Shown: positions 38,863 through 51,932, counted from the stretch's first letter. The stretch: 64,000 nucleotides of DNA from Malacoraja senta (GCA_038087875.1 CM075990.1:8248001-8312000); one strand, 5' to 3'. The notes: generated by a model not told the origin, from the letters alone. Numbers and translations: made by a program.

Positions 38863-39371
38863 AAGATGCAGCCTGACCCGTTGAGTTACTCCAGCACTTT
38901 GTGTCTTTTTTGAAAGAACACTACCTGTTGTTGGCAACATATAAACATTTCCAATTGGGAGGGGTAGCTGCTTCCCCCTGTGGTTGAACGCTCCTCAAAA
39001 TAAATTAAAATCTGAAATGAAGGTTCAATGGTTCTGAGGGGAAAAAAACAGTTTTAAATTGGAGCGATTCTAGGCCAAGGAATTAAAAAGCTTCAGTCAC
39101 CTCTTTGTTCGAAGCTGCTTCATTTATGATGCAGACTCTGTTTATCAATTTTAAATTTGGGGAGCAGCCACACGCTCATTGTGCCGTCTACAAAAGATGC
39201 CGCGCTGCTTCTTTGCTGTTCCTGCCGATTACGCCTCACATTTTCTTTGCAGCAAACTTCAAGGGTTTTCCTGGAGGACATGAATCAGGCTGTGACCCTC
39301 ACGTTTAGCCAGCGCTGCCGCAGAATAATTGCAGCATTAACCTTTGACTGCCATGACTGATGGATTCACCT

Positions 39372-39616
39372 CTTCACCTTCTGTCAGAGGGGGATGAATC
39401 GGTGGAATTCTTTGCCACAGAAGGCTGTGGAGGTCAAGTCAATGGATATATTTAAGGCAGCGATGGACAGATTCTTGATGAGTACGGGTGTCAGGGGCTA
39501 TGGGAAGAAGGCAGGAGAATGGGGTTGCGAGGGAGAGATAGATCAGCCATGATTGAATGGCGGAGTAGACTTGATGGGCCGAATGGCCTAATTCTGCTTC
39601 TATCACATGAACTTAT
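39372..39616 (+). mobile_element. CR1/HER1-type LINE 3' end
   Basis: WNSLPQKAVEVKSMDIFKAAMDRFL plus the tail. Confidence 0.9.
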
Positions 39617-39699
39617 GCAGTTTGCTACCTCAGCGCTGAGGGCTGAACGTTGTATTGCTGTATGGTGCCTTTTGGGTCAGTGGTTTTAGTGACAGGGTT

Positions 39700-40060
39700 G
39701 GCTCACACCCTTTATTGAGATTCAAGGTTCACTGCATCTTGTGGGTGGCATTACCTTGCCGGTAGACGTACAGTTCATGTTGCGGAATGCACCGTTGGAG
39801 GTTCCTGCCTTCTGGGGCACCGTCTGCTCTCTCCGTCTGCTAAACAATCCAGTGCATCAGTTTAAAGCAGAGTTAGCCCATGCAACCTGTCCTATAAACT
39901 CACCCAATATTACCTAATGACCAATTACATGGTGGTTATTATATTGCTCTTGGTGGGGTTGAGCTGTGTTATTCTCAACATTGTCTACACTTCGGAAGTA
40001 CTTCGCTGGTTATGAGGCTTTTTGGATCAGCCAAAAAGGATGTGCAAATGCAACCTTCAC
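39700..40060 (+). mobile_element. Highly diverged Deu-domain SINE (SacSINE1-like)
   Basis: Ordered motifs GCACCGTTGGAGGT, CCGTCTGCTCTCTC and CAACATTGTCTACACTTCGGAAGTACTTCGCTGG resemble the DeuSINE consensus as recalled; homologous to 43720-44078. Confidence 0.55.
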
Positions 40061-40281
40061 GTTTTAAGAAATCTAATCTGATCTTTGATCTGGTATTTTG
40101 TTGGTTCACATGCTTGATCAATGGTGTTTTATCATTAATGTTTTATTATTATTACTGTTTAGTGTTTTCTGCGTCATTCGTAACTGTCACTGTATGTCAT
40201 GTTGTTACTTGTGGGCGGAGCACCCAGGCAAATTCCTTGTATGTGAATACCTGGCCAATAAACTTACTTACTTACTACCTT

Positions 40282-40452
40282 AGGTAGACAAAAGTGCTGG
40301 AGAAACTCAGCGGGTGCAGCAGCATCTATGGAGCGAAGGAAATAGGCAACGTTTCTGGGCCGAAACCCTTCTTCACCCTTCCTGCACCCGCTGAGTTTCT
40401 CCAGCACTTTTGTCTACCTTCGATTTTCCAGCATCGGCAGTTCCTTCTTAAA
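40282..40452. mobile_element. Fold-back Penelope-derived insertion in a (CTTA)n tail
   Basis: Inverted arms; ACTTACTTAC on both flanks. Confidence 0.85.
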
Positions 40453-41298
40453 TACTTACTTACATACTTACTTAAACTTTCATGCTTCTAGTTAATTTTA
40501 CAAAAAGTCATATTCCATGTAGTTTGGGGGTAAACTCTGGAGGACTGACTCCCCCACCCCCCAATCTTTGCACATCCCCAATCCTTTCCACTCATCACTT
40601 TAATTTCATGTTTCATGTAATTTGTGTTTTTATGACTGTTGGCAGAACAATTTCCCTCCTGGGATAAATAAATTTCGATCATATCGTATCCTATTGTAAC
40701 TACTTTCTTCCGAATGTAGATGACCTAGGGTTGTTATTGAACTGTCGACTTTTTCCACCCATTTCCGACCCCTCGCCCTGTCCCCAACACTCTAAGTTCA
40801 CGGGCATGTTATGGCTCTACCTTGCCATTTCCTTTGTGTCTCATTTCTCCTTGTTATCGTGAGTTGTATTTTTTTAGATGACATTGAATTTGTCTTCGAT
40901 ACATTTTTCGTAGCTATCACACCCAGTGCTGTCTTTTCATATCCTTTTACAGTTAGACCAATTACCTGCTCTCCACAAGGGAAGCCCAAAATGAAATCCT
41001 TGGTAAGGTGATTTAGAAATGTTCAGTATGTTGCAACATCCTTGCATTGAATGTTACTTGCCTTGGTATTTCACGACACTTCCATTTGCTGCAGTAATGT
41101 ATTTAATAATTATCTTTTATAATAAGAGAATGCCATGTTTAGCAAATGCTTAATTATAGGGAGTCATAGAGGCACACAACCAGGAAAAAAGTCCCTTCAG
41201 CCCAACTCATCCATGCTGTTCAAAATGTCCCTCTAAGCATGGACTCATAAGAGTTATACAGCGCAGAAACAACTTTTTCCAGTTCCTTGAAATAGCTC

Positions 41299-43012
41299 AG
41301 TACTGGAAAACAATTCCCATTTCAATGCTTGGTAGAATTAATGCTATAAAAATGATCTTCTTACCGCAACTACTGTATCTATTTCAATTAATTCCGATAT
41401 ATATCCCCAAAAAACTTTTTCCAAAAAGTCGACTCCATTGTTACAAGCTTTATTTGGGATTATAAGAATCATAGAATAAGTAAAAAACATTTATGTAAGT
41501 CAAAGAGCAACGGAGGTTTGGCTTTGCCAAATTTCTTATTTTATTTTTGGGCAGTCCATATTAAAAACATGAATTTCTGGCTGGAAGAAATGGACCAACA
41601 ACCAGAATGGTTAAGGATGGAAAAGGAAGACTGTTTACCTTTTGAAATTGGTTCGATTATATTTGCTACCACAAAATTGCATAAAAAAACCTATAAGGAA
41701 AACCCTATAATACATAGTGGAATATGAATTTGGAAACAATTAAAAAAAGCTTTAAAATTGAATAATATACCACTATGTCTTCCCATTGTAAATACTCCTT
41801 TATTTAAGCCATCCATATTGGATGGAGGTTTTATACAATGGAAAAATTATGGAATTAAAAGGATTGGACATCTTTATAGGGAAGGCATCTTTCTGTCATT
41901 TCAAGAGTTACAACAGAATTATGGACTACACTCAAATAATGTTTTCAGATATCTACAAATTAGAGATTATGTTAAATCTAATACACAAGTATATAGGACT
42001 AGGGAACCAGAAATCCTTGATGAATGTTTGAATAAGCATCCTAACACTGAAAAATTAATAGCTTATATCTATAACATCCTCTTAAACAATGAGGTACCAC
42101 CGATGGAACTATATAGACAAACATGGGAAAATGAGTTAGGTCACTCTATAACGAAAGACATTTGGGACGAAAGTTTACAACATATACATCAATGCTCGTT
42201 AAATGCCAGACATGCTTTAATACAATTTAAAGTCTTACACAGATTACATTATTCCAAAATAAAACTAAATAGAATCTTCCCACATATTTCTCCTATCTGT
42301 GATAAATGCCTACATCTGGAGGCCAATTTAACACATACTTTTGCCAATTGTATAAAAATTAAAAATTTCTGGATTGATATTTTTGAAATAATTTCTGAAG
42401 TTGTTAATACAAAATTGGATCCAGACTCAAAATTAATAATACTTGGGATATCAGAGCAAAGTTTAACACTCACAACAAACCAAAGAAACTTCCTTGACTA
42501 CAGTATAATAACTGGGAAAAAATTAATATTAAAATTTTGGAAAGGTCCTATAACCCCCACAATTAAAATGTGGATTGTGGAAATGTCGGAGACCCTACAC
42601 CTAGAAAGAATTAGACTTGTCTTAATGGACAAACAAGAACTTTTTGTTAAAATATGGGCTCCATTTATTAACTATTTGAAGGGATAGAGTGGCCCAGCGT
42701 GAAAGCCCGACTGAAGCTTGAACTCAGGATTAGATGTAAAATTATCATAACCTACGAACTTATCTCCAATGACGTATAATAAGTAACTCATTCCACCTCT
42801 TCTTTTTTTCTCGATATTTGTAATGCTTTTTTCTTTCTACCTCTCTTTTTCTATCTATATATAAAAAAAAACATTAGAAGCAGAATTAATCGACAATTGA
42901 TAATTTTAATAATGTATGATTGATGTATATGAAAAGTTATATTATTCTATTATAATATGTTACTATACTTTATAATATGTTTGCTTCTAATAAAAATATT
43001 AATCAAAAAAAA
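41299..43012 (+). mobile_element. 5'-truncated fish-type L1 LINE (ORF2 C-terminal part, 3' UTR, polyA)
   Basis: YWKTIPISMLGRINAIKMIFLPQLLYLFQ...GGLALPNF...ARHALIQFKVLHRLHYS...CDKC-x8-H-x4-C zinc motif. Frameshift at about 41420 and in-frame stop at about 41725. AATAAA and A-tail; TSD AAATAGCTC at 41290-41298 and 43013-43021. Confidence 0.95.
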
Positions 43013-43405
43013 AAATAGCTCCAACGACATGCCATTAATATTTAATCAGCTGGCTTAATTTTTAGCCACTTAATGGTCGCTTTTCTTTTTTATCAGAAAC
43101 ATATGTATAAATAATAAGCGTGAGCATAATGCATGTATGAAAATATCAGCAATTTCAGAAAATGGCTTTATGTCAGCAAGCATCATAAGCAGCCATATTG
43201 AGTTTGAGCAATGTTGCGCAGTGCTGATAATTTGAGATGTTGGTTCATGTTTCCTGGCATCAGGGCACTGAAGGATGTTTGGGCGTTAGGGTACAGCTGA
43301 TTGTATGTCTATACGGAGTCCATCAGATGGGTACCAGTCTCAGGTGAGGCCTTCCCGCACTGTCAAAACCGTGGCTGGTTACCAAATGGACAGGGAACCA
43401 TTGCC

Positions 43406-43521
43406 CCTCTCTCTCTCTCTCTCTCTTACTTTCTCTCTCTCCCTCCCTCCCTCCCTCCCTCCCTCCCTCCCTCCCTCCCTCCCTCCCTCCATCTCTCCCT
43501 CTCTCCCTCCCCCCCCTCCCT
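43406..43521. repeat. (CT)n/(CCCT)n polypyrimidine tract
   Basis: Directly visible. Confidence 0.95.
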
Positions 43522-43719
43522 ACTACTACTGTGCTAAGGGTTAGAAGGTAGGTCTGAACTCACAGCTTCATGCTCCTTGTCCACCAGTAATCCAAGTCTC
43601 ACTGGGTGTTATTAGCCAGGTAAAGCTGAACAGGACTCAAGATTAATTTGCAGCGTGGACTCCAAAGTTTAGAACATTTAGCAAGTGGATGCCTTGCTCA
43701 TGCAGTCCACGACTAACTC

Positions 43720-44078
43720 CAGATAAGTCAGCAGTGCATGCTCCAATGCAGCGGTGCAAGAGGGCTGCACTCTGGGATGGACAGTCGCATGGATGAGAAG
43801 ATAAGTTGATGCCCTGCCTCAATGGATGGAGGTTAAAGATTCTGGTCACTGATTCAATCAGGCAGAGCATTGTTTCCCTGACACCTCCAGTGAACATCCC
43901 CAAAGCAGGTCTTCAGTGTGATCACGTTTGTTTGTTGTTTATGGGAATTTGCTCATTACAATTTGCTTCTGCATTGCCCAAATCTCAACAGTGACTGCAC
44001 TTTGAGAACATTTCATTAGCTGTAAACCTCTTGGGATGTACTCGGGCTGTGAAAAGTGCTCTAGAAATACTAATCTTT
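43720..44078 (+). mobile_element. Diverged Deu-domain SINE (SacSINE1-like)
   Basis: GCTGCACT...GGATGAGA...AAAGAT...CAACAGTGACTGCACTT...TTCATTAGCTGTAAA...TTGGGATGT...GTGAAAAGTGCTCTAGAAAT follows the DeuSINE body and tail as recalled. Confidence 0.7.
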
Positions 44079-44171
44079 TGTTTATTTCCTTCCTGGGATA
44101 ACCAGCCAAGCCTGCTCCTTTGCCACCATTCCTTATGTTCCTGCAAAAGAGTGCCACCAACACACTCCAGA

Positions 44172-44525
44172 GTGATAGTGCGTGTGCGAGTAAGTGTGTG
44201 CACGTGTTCATATGTGTCTGGGACTGGGTACCTCTGTGTATGTGTGGATGTACACAGAAACACACAAGCACAAATGCTCACACTAGCACACGCACACACT
44301 TGCACGTACTGTACACTCGCACATATACTCACTCACGCATATACTCACACACACAGACTCATGCACACACACTCACATTCACAACCACGTGCACACTCAC
44401 CACACACTCAGTCGCACATTCATGTGCACGTCCACATGCACACACTCACCTGCACACACTCGCGCACACTCTCACACACACTTATTTGTGCACTCACACA
44501 CACACTCACGCGCACACTTGCACAC
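44172..44525. repeat. TG-rich then CA-rich degenerate simple repeat
   Basis: Directly visible. Confidence 0.85.
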
Positions 44526-45252
44526 AATGAAGAAACATGCAAATAAATACTGGCAGCTGCTAAAACATGCAATTGTGTTGTTGCACTGTGCACAAGTGTG
44601 AATGGCATCTTTGTACATTATGTTTGCGTGCTGTAGCTTTAACACGGCCCTCCGTGGAATACTCAATTGTTCTGGGAGTCAGAAGCTGCCAGGGAGCTTT
44701 AGTTTTCTGCCCAACTTACCAGAATCCGACAGAATACCGTCGGAACCAAAAAGCTGCCGATGTGGGAAAGTTCAAACCATTTGCTGTTTAAAAAAGGCTA
44801 TACATGATATTTGAAAAAAAGCTTAAGTGATACAGTGCAAAATGAGGAATAATTAGTGATATTCACTTGGTGCAGATACAAGAGGTGAAGAGATCACTGA
44901 AGCCAGCATTATGCGGTAAGAATAAGCAGTTGGGTTATGTATAAGGAATCTATTGGATAGGATAGAGAAATGATTGATCATGGCGATGAGGACAGCTGAA
45001 ATACCAGAGAGCAGAGAATTATTTGTCTATTAAAATAGCATGAGGCTGGACTTGAGAGATAAGGAACCAGTTACTGCATGTCCCATTACCAGTGAGGAGT
45101 GGTGAGAGGGAGCAGGGAAGGCCGTTACTTGTAATCAGCCCCAAATAGGATTTGCTGGAATCGCAAAGGGGAAGGCAGATGATATGAGGAAAATAAAATG
45201 GGGTTGCTTCGGAAAAATGTTTTGGTGCATGTAAAACAGACAGGAAGGATGA

Positions 45253-45562
45253 GTTTTAGTTTTAGAGATACAGCGCGGAAACAGGCTCTTCGGCCCACCG
45301 AGTCTGCACCGACCAGCGATCCCCGCACACTAACACTATCCTACACCCACTAGGGACAATTTATATTTATGCCAAGCCAATTAACCTACAAACCTGTACG
45401 TCTTTGGAGTGTGGGAGGAAACCGAAGATCTCGGAGGAAACCCACACAAATCATGGGGAGAACGTACAAACTCCGTACGGACAAGCACCCATCGTCAGGA
45501 TCGAGCCCAGGTGTCTGGCACTGTAAAGAGAGTAGCTCCACCAACACGCCACTGTGCCGCCC
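45253..45562 (-). mobile_element. HE1-like V-SINE
   Basis: Reverse complement of the consensus. Confidence 0.9.
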
Positions 45563-46299
45563 AATATTCATTAAACTTGCATCCCTGAGATATTAGGGTG
45601 TTGATGTTGAAAATTTTCACGTTCATGTTTGGGAGTAAAATTAGGCCATTCTAATGTTCCTTGAAAACGTTATGTGAAAATTAACACGGACAGTCCTCTC
45701 CTCAAAACAAAGTTAATTTAAGTGATCTGTTAATTTATATTGAATTATTCAACAGAATTCCCCCTGGGCTCTGTTCAGATCACTAGATAATTTGATTTTT
45801 TTTTCAAGCAAAATTGCCTTTTAATTCACAGGAGGAAATTGCATTATCTAAACATCGGGATGAAGCTTGCATAGAAACAGTAAGTTTAGCATCAGTTGGA
45901 GCAACTAGCTTCGAAATGCTCTTTTGAGTGATCCAGGGAATAAACCCTTGGAGAAGAATAATTTGCTCAGGGAAACAGATGTTTATTGGAAAAGTTAATG
46001 AGGTGGATTTCAGAAAGATTTTGCTAAGGTTTTCAAAGTAATCGCGTACATTAACAGTGTTGAATGGGATAATGGCGAAGTGATGCTACACATGAGTCTT
46101 TTGCACGCTCACAGTGATGGATTTTAGTACTGCAATATTTGCCTTTCAATATACTATTATCCTGGGTGAAGCCATATCTAATTAGGAAACGATTCCAAGT
46201 AGTCAAAGCAAATAATAAGGATCTAAGAAGCGAGTGAGGAAGATTAAGGTCCTTCAGGTGACTGAACCGTTAGGTGGCAGATGTGGTTCAGTATAGTTA

Positions 46300-46546
46300 A
46301 GGGCCTGCCCCACTTTCACGACCTAATTCACGACCGTTTTTACTCGTGGACATTTTTCATCAGGCTAGAAATAACACCCCATCTACTTGATGCCACGAGT
46401 ACCTACGACTAGCGTCACGGCCTGCTATGACCTACCTACGACCTCCTACGGCCTCCCACGACCTCGCGACGACCATGCTGCGAGCATGAGTCAAGGGCAA
46501 ACTCGGCAGAGGTCGTGAATTAGGTCGTGAGAGTGGGACAGGCCCT
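46300..46546. mobile_element. PIF/Harbinger-type MITE inserted in an old CR1 remnant
   Basis: 36-bp TIR AGGGCCTG(C/T)CCCACT(T/C)TCACGACCTAATTCACGACC with 2 mismatches; TTA TSD at 46297-46299 and 46547-46549. The rejoined flank reads WQMWFSIVSCE. Confidence 0.92.
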
Positions 46547-46679
46547 TTAGTTGTGAAATTTGCAATGGAGGACCAAATGAGGGAATGTGTTTTCTTGGTG
46601 AGTTGTTGGTATTGCCAACAGCAGCTTTTAATGGAATAAATATCCTAAGGTTCATCGTAAAGATATAAAGGAAGAAAAA

Positions 46680-46772
46680 TAGACAAAAATGCTGGAGAAA
46701 CTCAGATGGTGAGGCAGCATCTATGGAGTGAAGGAATAAGTGACGTCTCGGGTCGAGACCCTTCTTCAGACT
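46680..46772 (-). mobile_element. Penelope-derived terminal fragment
   Basis: Family motif ending GGGTCGAGACCCTTCTTCAGAC. Confidence 0.8.
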
Positions 46773-46787
46773 TAAGTTTCATTTTCA

Positions 46788-47073
46788 GTTTCAGTTTAGT
46801 TTATTGTCACGTGTACCGAGGTACAGTGAAAAGCTTTTGTCGCGGGCTAACCAGTCAGCGGGAAGACAATACCTGATTACTATCGAGCCATTGACAGTGT
46901 ATAGATACATGATAAGGGAATAACGTTTAGTGCAAGGTTAAGCCAGTAATGTCCGATCAAAAATAGTCCGAGGGCCCCAAAGAGGTTGATAGTAGTTCAG
47001 CACTGCTCTCTAATTGTGACAGGATGATTCAGTTGCCTGATACCAGCTGGGAAGAAACTGTCCCAGAATCTGG
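46788..47073 (-). mobile_element. Rex1/Babar-type LINE 3' tail
   Basis: Homologous to 11608-11985. Confidence 0.75.
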
Positions 47074-48364
47074 ACCCTGGTAGAATCTGTATTGTAGCTT
47101 CTAGTTGATGCACATGGAGCTTTAGCCAGTTTATGTAAAGCACCTTGCTCCAATATCCCATGTGGTTCAGTGGCTGAAGGAATAAACACCCTTTCCTCTA
47201 AAGCAGAGATACCTCCCCTTCAATCAGCCAATATTAGATGATTGTAGGTGTCTGCATGGCTGGAGCAAGCACCCAGTGTGTCTGAGTTATCCAGATGACC
47301 CTGGGCCTCAACCGCACTGAAGATATTGGCCCTGTGTAATTTGAGCACCAGTAGGCTGAGCAGCATTAATATGTAAACCCAAAACAAAATTCCTTTCACC
47401 AACCTGCGAGGATTTTGTACTGATTCATGTCTAGTATCAGTGACCGAGAATATTCAGCGAGCAGAATAAGTGGATGAAATGTGAGGGATTCGTTGAGCAG
47501 AAGTAATGAGCCAGCCTGCTTGGGACCTGCCAGCAGATCCTTTATACTGACTCAATGCTCTTCCCTTGTTTTCCATTCCGTCTCTGAAGGCCTGCGTTGT
47601 TTATTAATGCGGAGTGCGGATGACACAACAAAGCCTTTCCAGACAAAAAAAAAATCTACGGCAAGGTAACAGTTGACTTCACATTTTGTGCCTATCCCTA
47701 AAAGGGACAAAGATGCTAAACGAAGGCTGTCGGGCTGAGGAGTTCCGTCCCGTGAAATTAAACAAAAAGACTCCATGGATTTTACATGTTGTGAGACTGC
47801 ACACAGTTAATGTGTGGCAGCCGGTCGTTTTCTCACTTCTGGGTCAGAGTTTAGTGGGAGCACCCTTTCATCAGCTTGATGGATTGGACTGACGGCACTC
47901 GGATTCTGTCGTCTACTGTCGACGGCCAATGGGCTTCATTCAAGCTGATTTTGACAGCCTTCAAGAAAGGTTCTAAATATTCCTGGTGTGATTTTATTAT
48001 TTATGAAAATCCCGGTTAATTTTAGATAGATGATATAATGATGTAAAAGCTGATCTGAGGACGTTAGAATCTTAATAATTCATACTGGATCTTAATATGT
48101 GATTGGGGCGAGTGTTGAACACTGCATACATCCTAGAGTCATAAGGCAGGTTGAGAAATAGATAAAGTCTTAGAATCAGAAAGTTAAGATAAAGAGCACT
48201 TCAGGCCTTTGAGTCCACACCATGGGCCAAGCACCTATTTACACTAATATTTTCTTTATTTTTCGAGGAAAGCACAGAAGTTGGACCTTTGGCCCACCAA
48301 GTCCACACTGACCATTCAAACATCCATTTATACCCATTTATACATTTATATCCATTTATAGTTC

Positions 48365-48498
48365 TTCAGTCTGAAGATGGCTCTCGACCCGAAATGTCAC
48401 CCATTCGTTCTCTCCAGAGATGCTGCCTGTCCTGCTGAGTTCCTCCAGATTTTTGTGTCTATCTTTGATTTAAACCAGCATCTGCAGTTCTCTCCTAC
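48365..48498 (+). mobile_element. Penelope-derived terminal fragment
   Basis: CTGAAGATGGCTCTCGACCCGAAATGTC...; CCATTTATA on both flanks. Confidence 0.8.
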
Positions 48499-48664
48499 CC
48501 ATTTATACTAGTTCCACATTAATCTAATCCAATTTTATTTCCTCCATATTGTTATCGAAACCCCCCAGATACTACCACTCACCTACAAACGAGGGGCAAT
48601 TTACAGAGTCGAATTAACACCGATAGATGGCATATGGGCTTCATTCAAGCCCTTGAATGGGCTG

Positions 48665-48835
48665 CCACCTGCATGTCTTTGAGATGTAGGGGGAAAACTG
48701 GAGCACCCGGAGGAAACCCACGTGATCACAGGAAGAATGTGCAAACCGCATCCAGATAGCACCCGAGGTCAGGATTGAACCCGGATATCTGGCGCAGTGA
48801 GACAGCCACTCTACTCGCTGCGCCACTGTGCCGCA
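48665..48835 (-). mobile_element. HE1-like V-SINE 5' half
   Basis: Reverse-complement head and V-domain. Confidence 0.8.
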
Positions 48836-49629
48836 TAGTCCTCTCCTCTCACATTCCCTTCACTTCTCCCTCCGCACTCTACCACTCACCTCCACACTCG
48901 GCCAATTAAATTACCAGCGTGCATGCCTTTGGGGTGGAGAGGATAAACTGCACATCACAATGGAGCATGCAAACTCCACACAGACAGCATCGGAGGTCAA
49001 GTTTGAAAACAGATGGCTGGAACAGTGGGCATAAGCTCCAGCAGTTGTGCCACTCTGCTGCCCAGCAATGGTTTAGCTGGGTGCCCAGCATGAAAGCATC
49101 CATGCATTAAATTATAAGGAGTATTGTAGAAAGGGATTCATTACATTATAATTTCTAAAATGTTCATCCTTGTGTTTTGTTAAAAAAAAACACTCAGATG
49201 CATGTATCTATCTACTTTATTCTCACATTTGGGACACAACTTGCTCCGAGCTACTGATATGGTGTAAGTTCAGAGATGAAATCTGTCTAATTCTGCAATA
49301 AACAAAGTTCATCCATATTTATTCTGAGGCAGTGGTTCTGGCTGTGAAACATCTGGCCGTGGTCTATCATGTGATAATAAAAGATGTGGAGGAAGGAAAG
49401 CTTGCAATGTTCCTGTTCTAGCTTGGTACTGGTCTAATAGACAGGAGTAGGCCATTCGGCCCTTCGAGCCAGCACCGCCATTCAATGTGACCATGGCTGA
49501 TCATCCACAATCAGTGCCCTGTTCCTGCCTTCTCCCCACATCCCTTGACTCCGCTATCTTGATGCACAGTGAGGTCAAAGGCTATTATACCCAGCCACGC
49601 CACTCACTAATCCACATTCCTGCTAAGAG

Positions 49630-49908
49630 TGGCACAGAGTTGCTGCCTTACAGCGTCAGAGACCCAGGTTTGATCCTGACCACAGGTGCTGTCTGTGTGG
49701 AGTTTGTACATTCTCCTGTGACCACGTGGGTTTATCTCCGGGCGCTCCAGTTTCCACCCACATCCCTAAAGACGTGCTGGTGTGCAGGTTAATTGCCTTC
49801 TTTCAGTAAATTGCCCCTAGTATGTAGAACATAGAACTAGTATGAACGGGTGGTCGATGGTTGTCATGAACCTGGTGGGTAGATCTGTTTCCATGCTGTA
49901 TCTCTAAA
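49630..49908 (+). mobile_element. HE1-like V-SINE
   Basis: Head, V-domain and tail. Confidence 0.85.
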
Positions 49909-51112
49909 AGGAAGCAGTCAGTGGATGGCTTTTGTACACTGCCTGATGTCCCTGATCACTTGTGAACACATTTAGTTTCATTCCTAGCTTGCCTTGGGCA
50001 GAGGAGATGGGAAACAAGATGAATTGACACTGTGCTTTACTTAGGGGAACATATCTCAATACACAGGGGCACACACGGTACAATCATTCCTCGATTGTCA
50101 GCCTGTTTCAAATGAAGTGAGCCATTTCTTCAAACATTTCATGAGCTCTTCACCCACTGTTACTTGCTTTCTGGTTGTCTGTCGTGACAAGGCCCAGGGT
50201 GAGATTACTTCATAATCGCAACATTACTTCCCCGGCTGATATTACTTGCACGGTCCACAAACTCTGCAATTCTTGCTGGAGGACTGAGCTGCAGTTGATG
50301 AGCAGTTACAGAAGTTCATTATGCCTCCTCGTCTTACAGGAACTGAGCTGTGCTTTTTCCTGGAGATTTGCTATTTTGTTCCTTTATTTCAATCCATCGG
50401 TTGTGTCCCACAGGACGTGTCCTACCTGTTGCTCCAATGTGTGGGGAACCAGCTGGTTAGAAGGACCTGTCATTGCCTTGTGGCCCATCAGCCCAACAAC
50501 ATCCCTTCCCTGCAAGATCCCTGGCCTCCAATTAACAGCACGAGGCTAAGTCTGGGGAGGGAACCTCGGTTCTTTCTTTGCTGCAGTGCGCTGCTAACAT
50601 CCACAGCAATCGCAGCAACTGAAGCCAGAATATTTCTCCCATATCAATTCATCAGCACTGTCCCGAAGGAACACAGTGAAGGACTATTGAATCCAGAGCT
50701 TGCAACACAGTAGTCGATGGAATGAATGGAATAGGTTCAGTTCAGTAGTTTGTCTTGCAGTTTTTAGATGTGATTTTGTTTTTGCACGTTTCAATGGTGT
50801 CCGTGTTTGGGCACCGTTTATCTCCTTGCCTTACTAATGGGTGACGGGTGCATCTCTGCGAGAGGCTTCTGAGACTGAGACAGCCCCATTCCTACTGTGA
50901 GGGGTGCAGTGCATTCTGGCACAGAGCTGCATACTGAGGAGGCACGCTGTGGATAAGAGAGAAGGAAGTGGCTGGCCCCTTTCCCAATCTGTATTCCAGT
51001 CACAAAGAGCACAGCAAGCTAAGAGAATGACATCACTCCTCAGTTCTAGACTCCATTAAAAAAAAGTCTGTCTGGAAAGATCAATTGGTGGAATGTTCCA
51101 AATTCCTGCTTT

Positions 51113-51405
51113 TTCAGTTTAGTTTGGAGATGCAGCGTTGAAACAGGGTCCTTGCCGACCGGCAATCCCCGCATACTAATATTATTCCACACACAGTAGG
51201 GACAATTTATAATTTTACCGAAGCCAATTAGCCTGCACACCTGTACGTCTTTGGAATGTGGGAGGAAACCGGAGCATCCATAGAAAACCAACGCAGGTCA
51301 GCGGAGAATGTACAAACTCCACACAGACAGCAGCCGTAGTCAGGATTGAACCCAGGTGTCTGGCGCGGTAAGGCAGTAACTCCACCGCTGCGCCACCGTG
51401 CCACC
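51113..51405 (-). mobile_element. HE1-like V-SINE
   Basis: Reverse complement of the consensus. Confidence 0.88.
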
Positions 51406-51692
51406 CCGGATGTTGAACCCTGATGGCTTTTACAGCTGCAGAATGAAAGGGGTCAGGACAGGGGAATGGGATCAATTGAATTGCTCAGTTCCAAACTGTA
51501 CAGCGCGCTGCAGCTGCACATAGCTTTAACGTGGGGTAGGTCAAAGTTGAGCTTATTTGCAGGTCCCAACCCATGCCTCCTACCTGAGTTCCAGCAAGGT
51601 TATTATAAACTGGAAACTTAGTCATGACCTCCCAACCCTCCGAACCACCGTTCCCACAAATAATGTCCAAAATTTGTCTTCTGCTCACTTTT

Positions 51693-51932
51693 CATAGGGT
51701 CATAAGGAGTAGGAGCAGAATTAGACCATTCGGCCCATCAAGTCTACTCTGTCATTCACTCATGGCTGATCTATCTCTCCTTCCCAACCCCATTCTCCTG
51801 CCTTCTCCCCATAACCTCTGACACCTGTACAAATCAAGAATCTATCTATCTCTGCCTTAAAAGTATCCACTGACTGGCTCAGCCCTCTGTGGCAAAGAAT
51901 TCCACAGATTCACCACCCTCTGACTAAAGAAC
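51693..51932 (-). mobile_element. CR1/HER1-type LINE 3' end
   Basis: Minus strand FFSQRVVNLWNSLPQRA; near-identical to 3037-3272 including the flank. Confidence 0.9.

Noticed and set aside
41758..42687. 309-aa ORF as a host gene or domesticated protein
   Set aside because: It is the C-terminus of a 5'-truncated L1 ORF2, with an upstream stop and frameshift, polyA and TSD.
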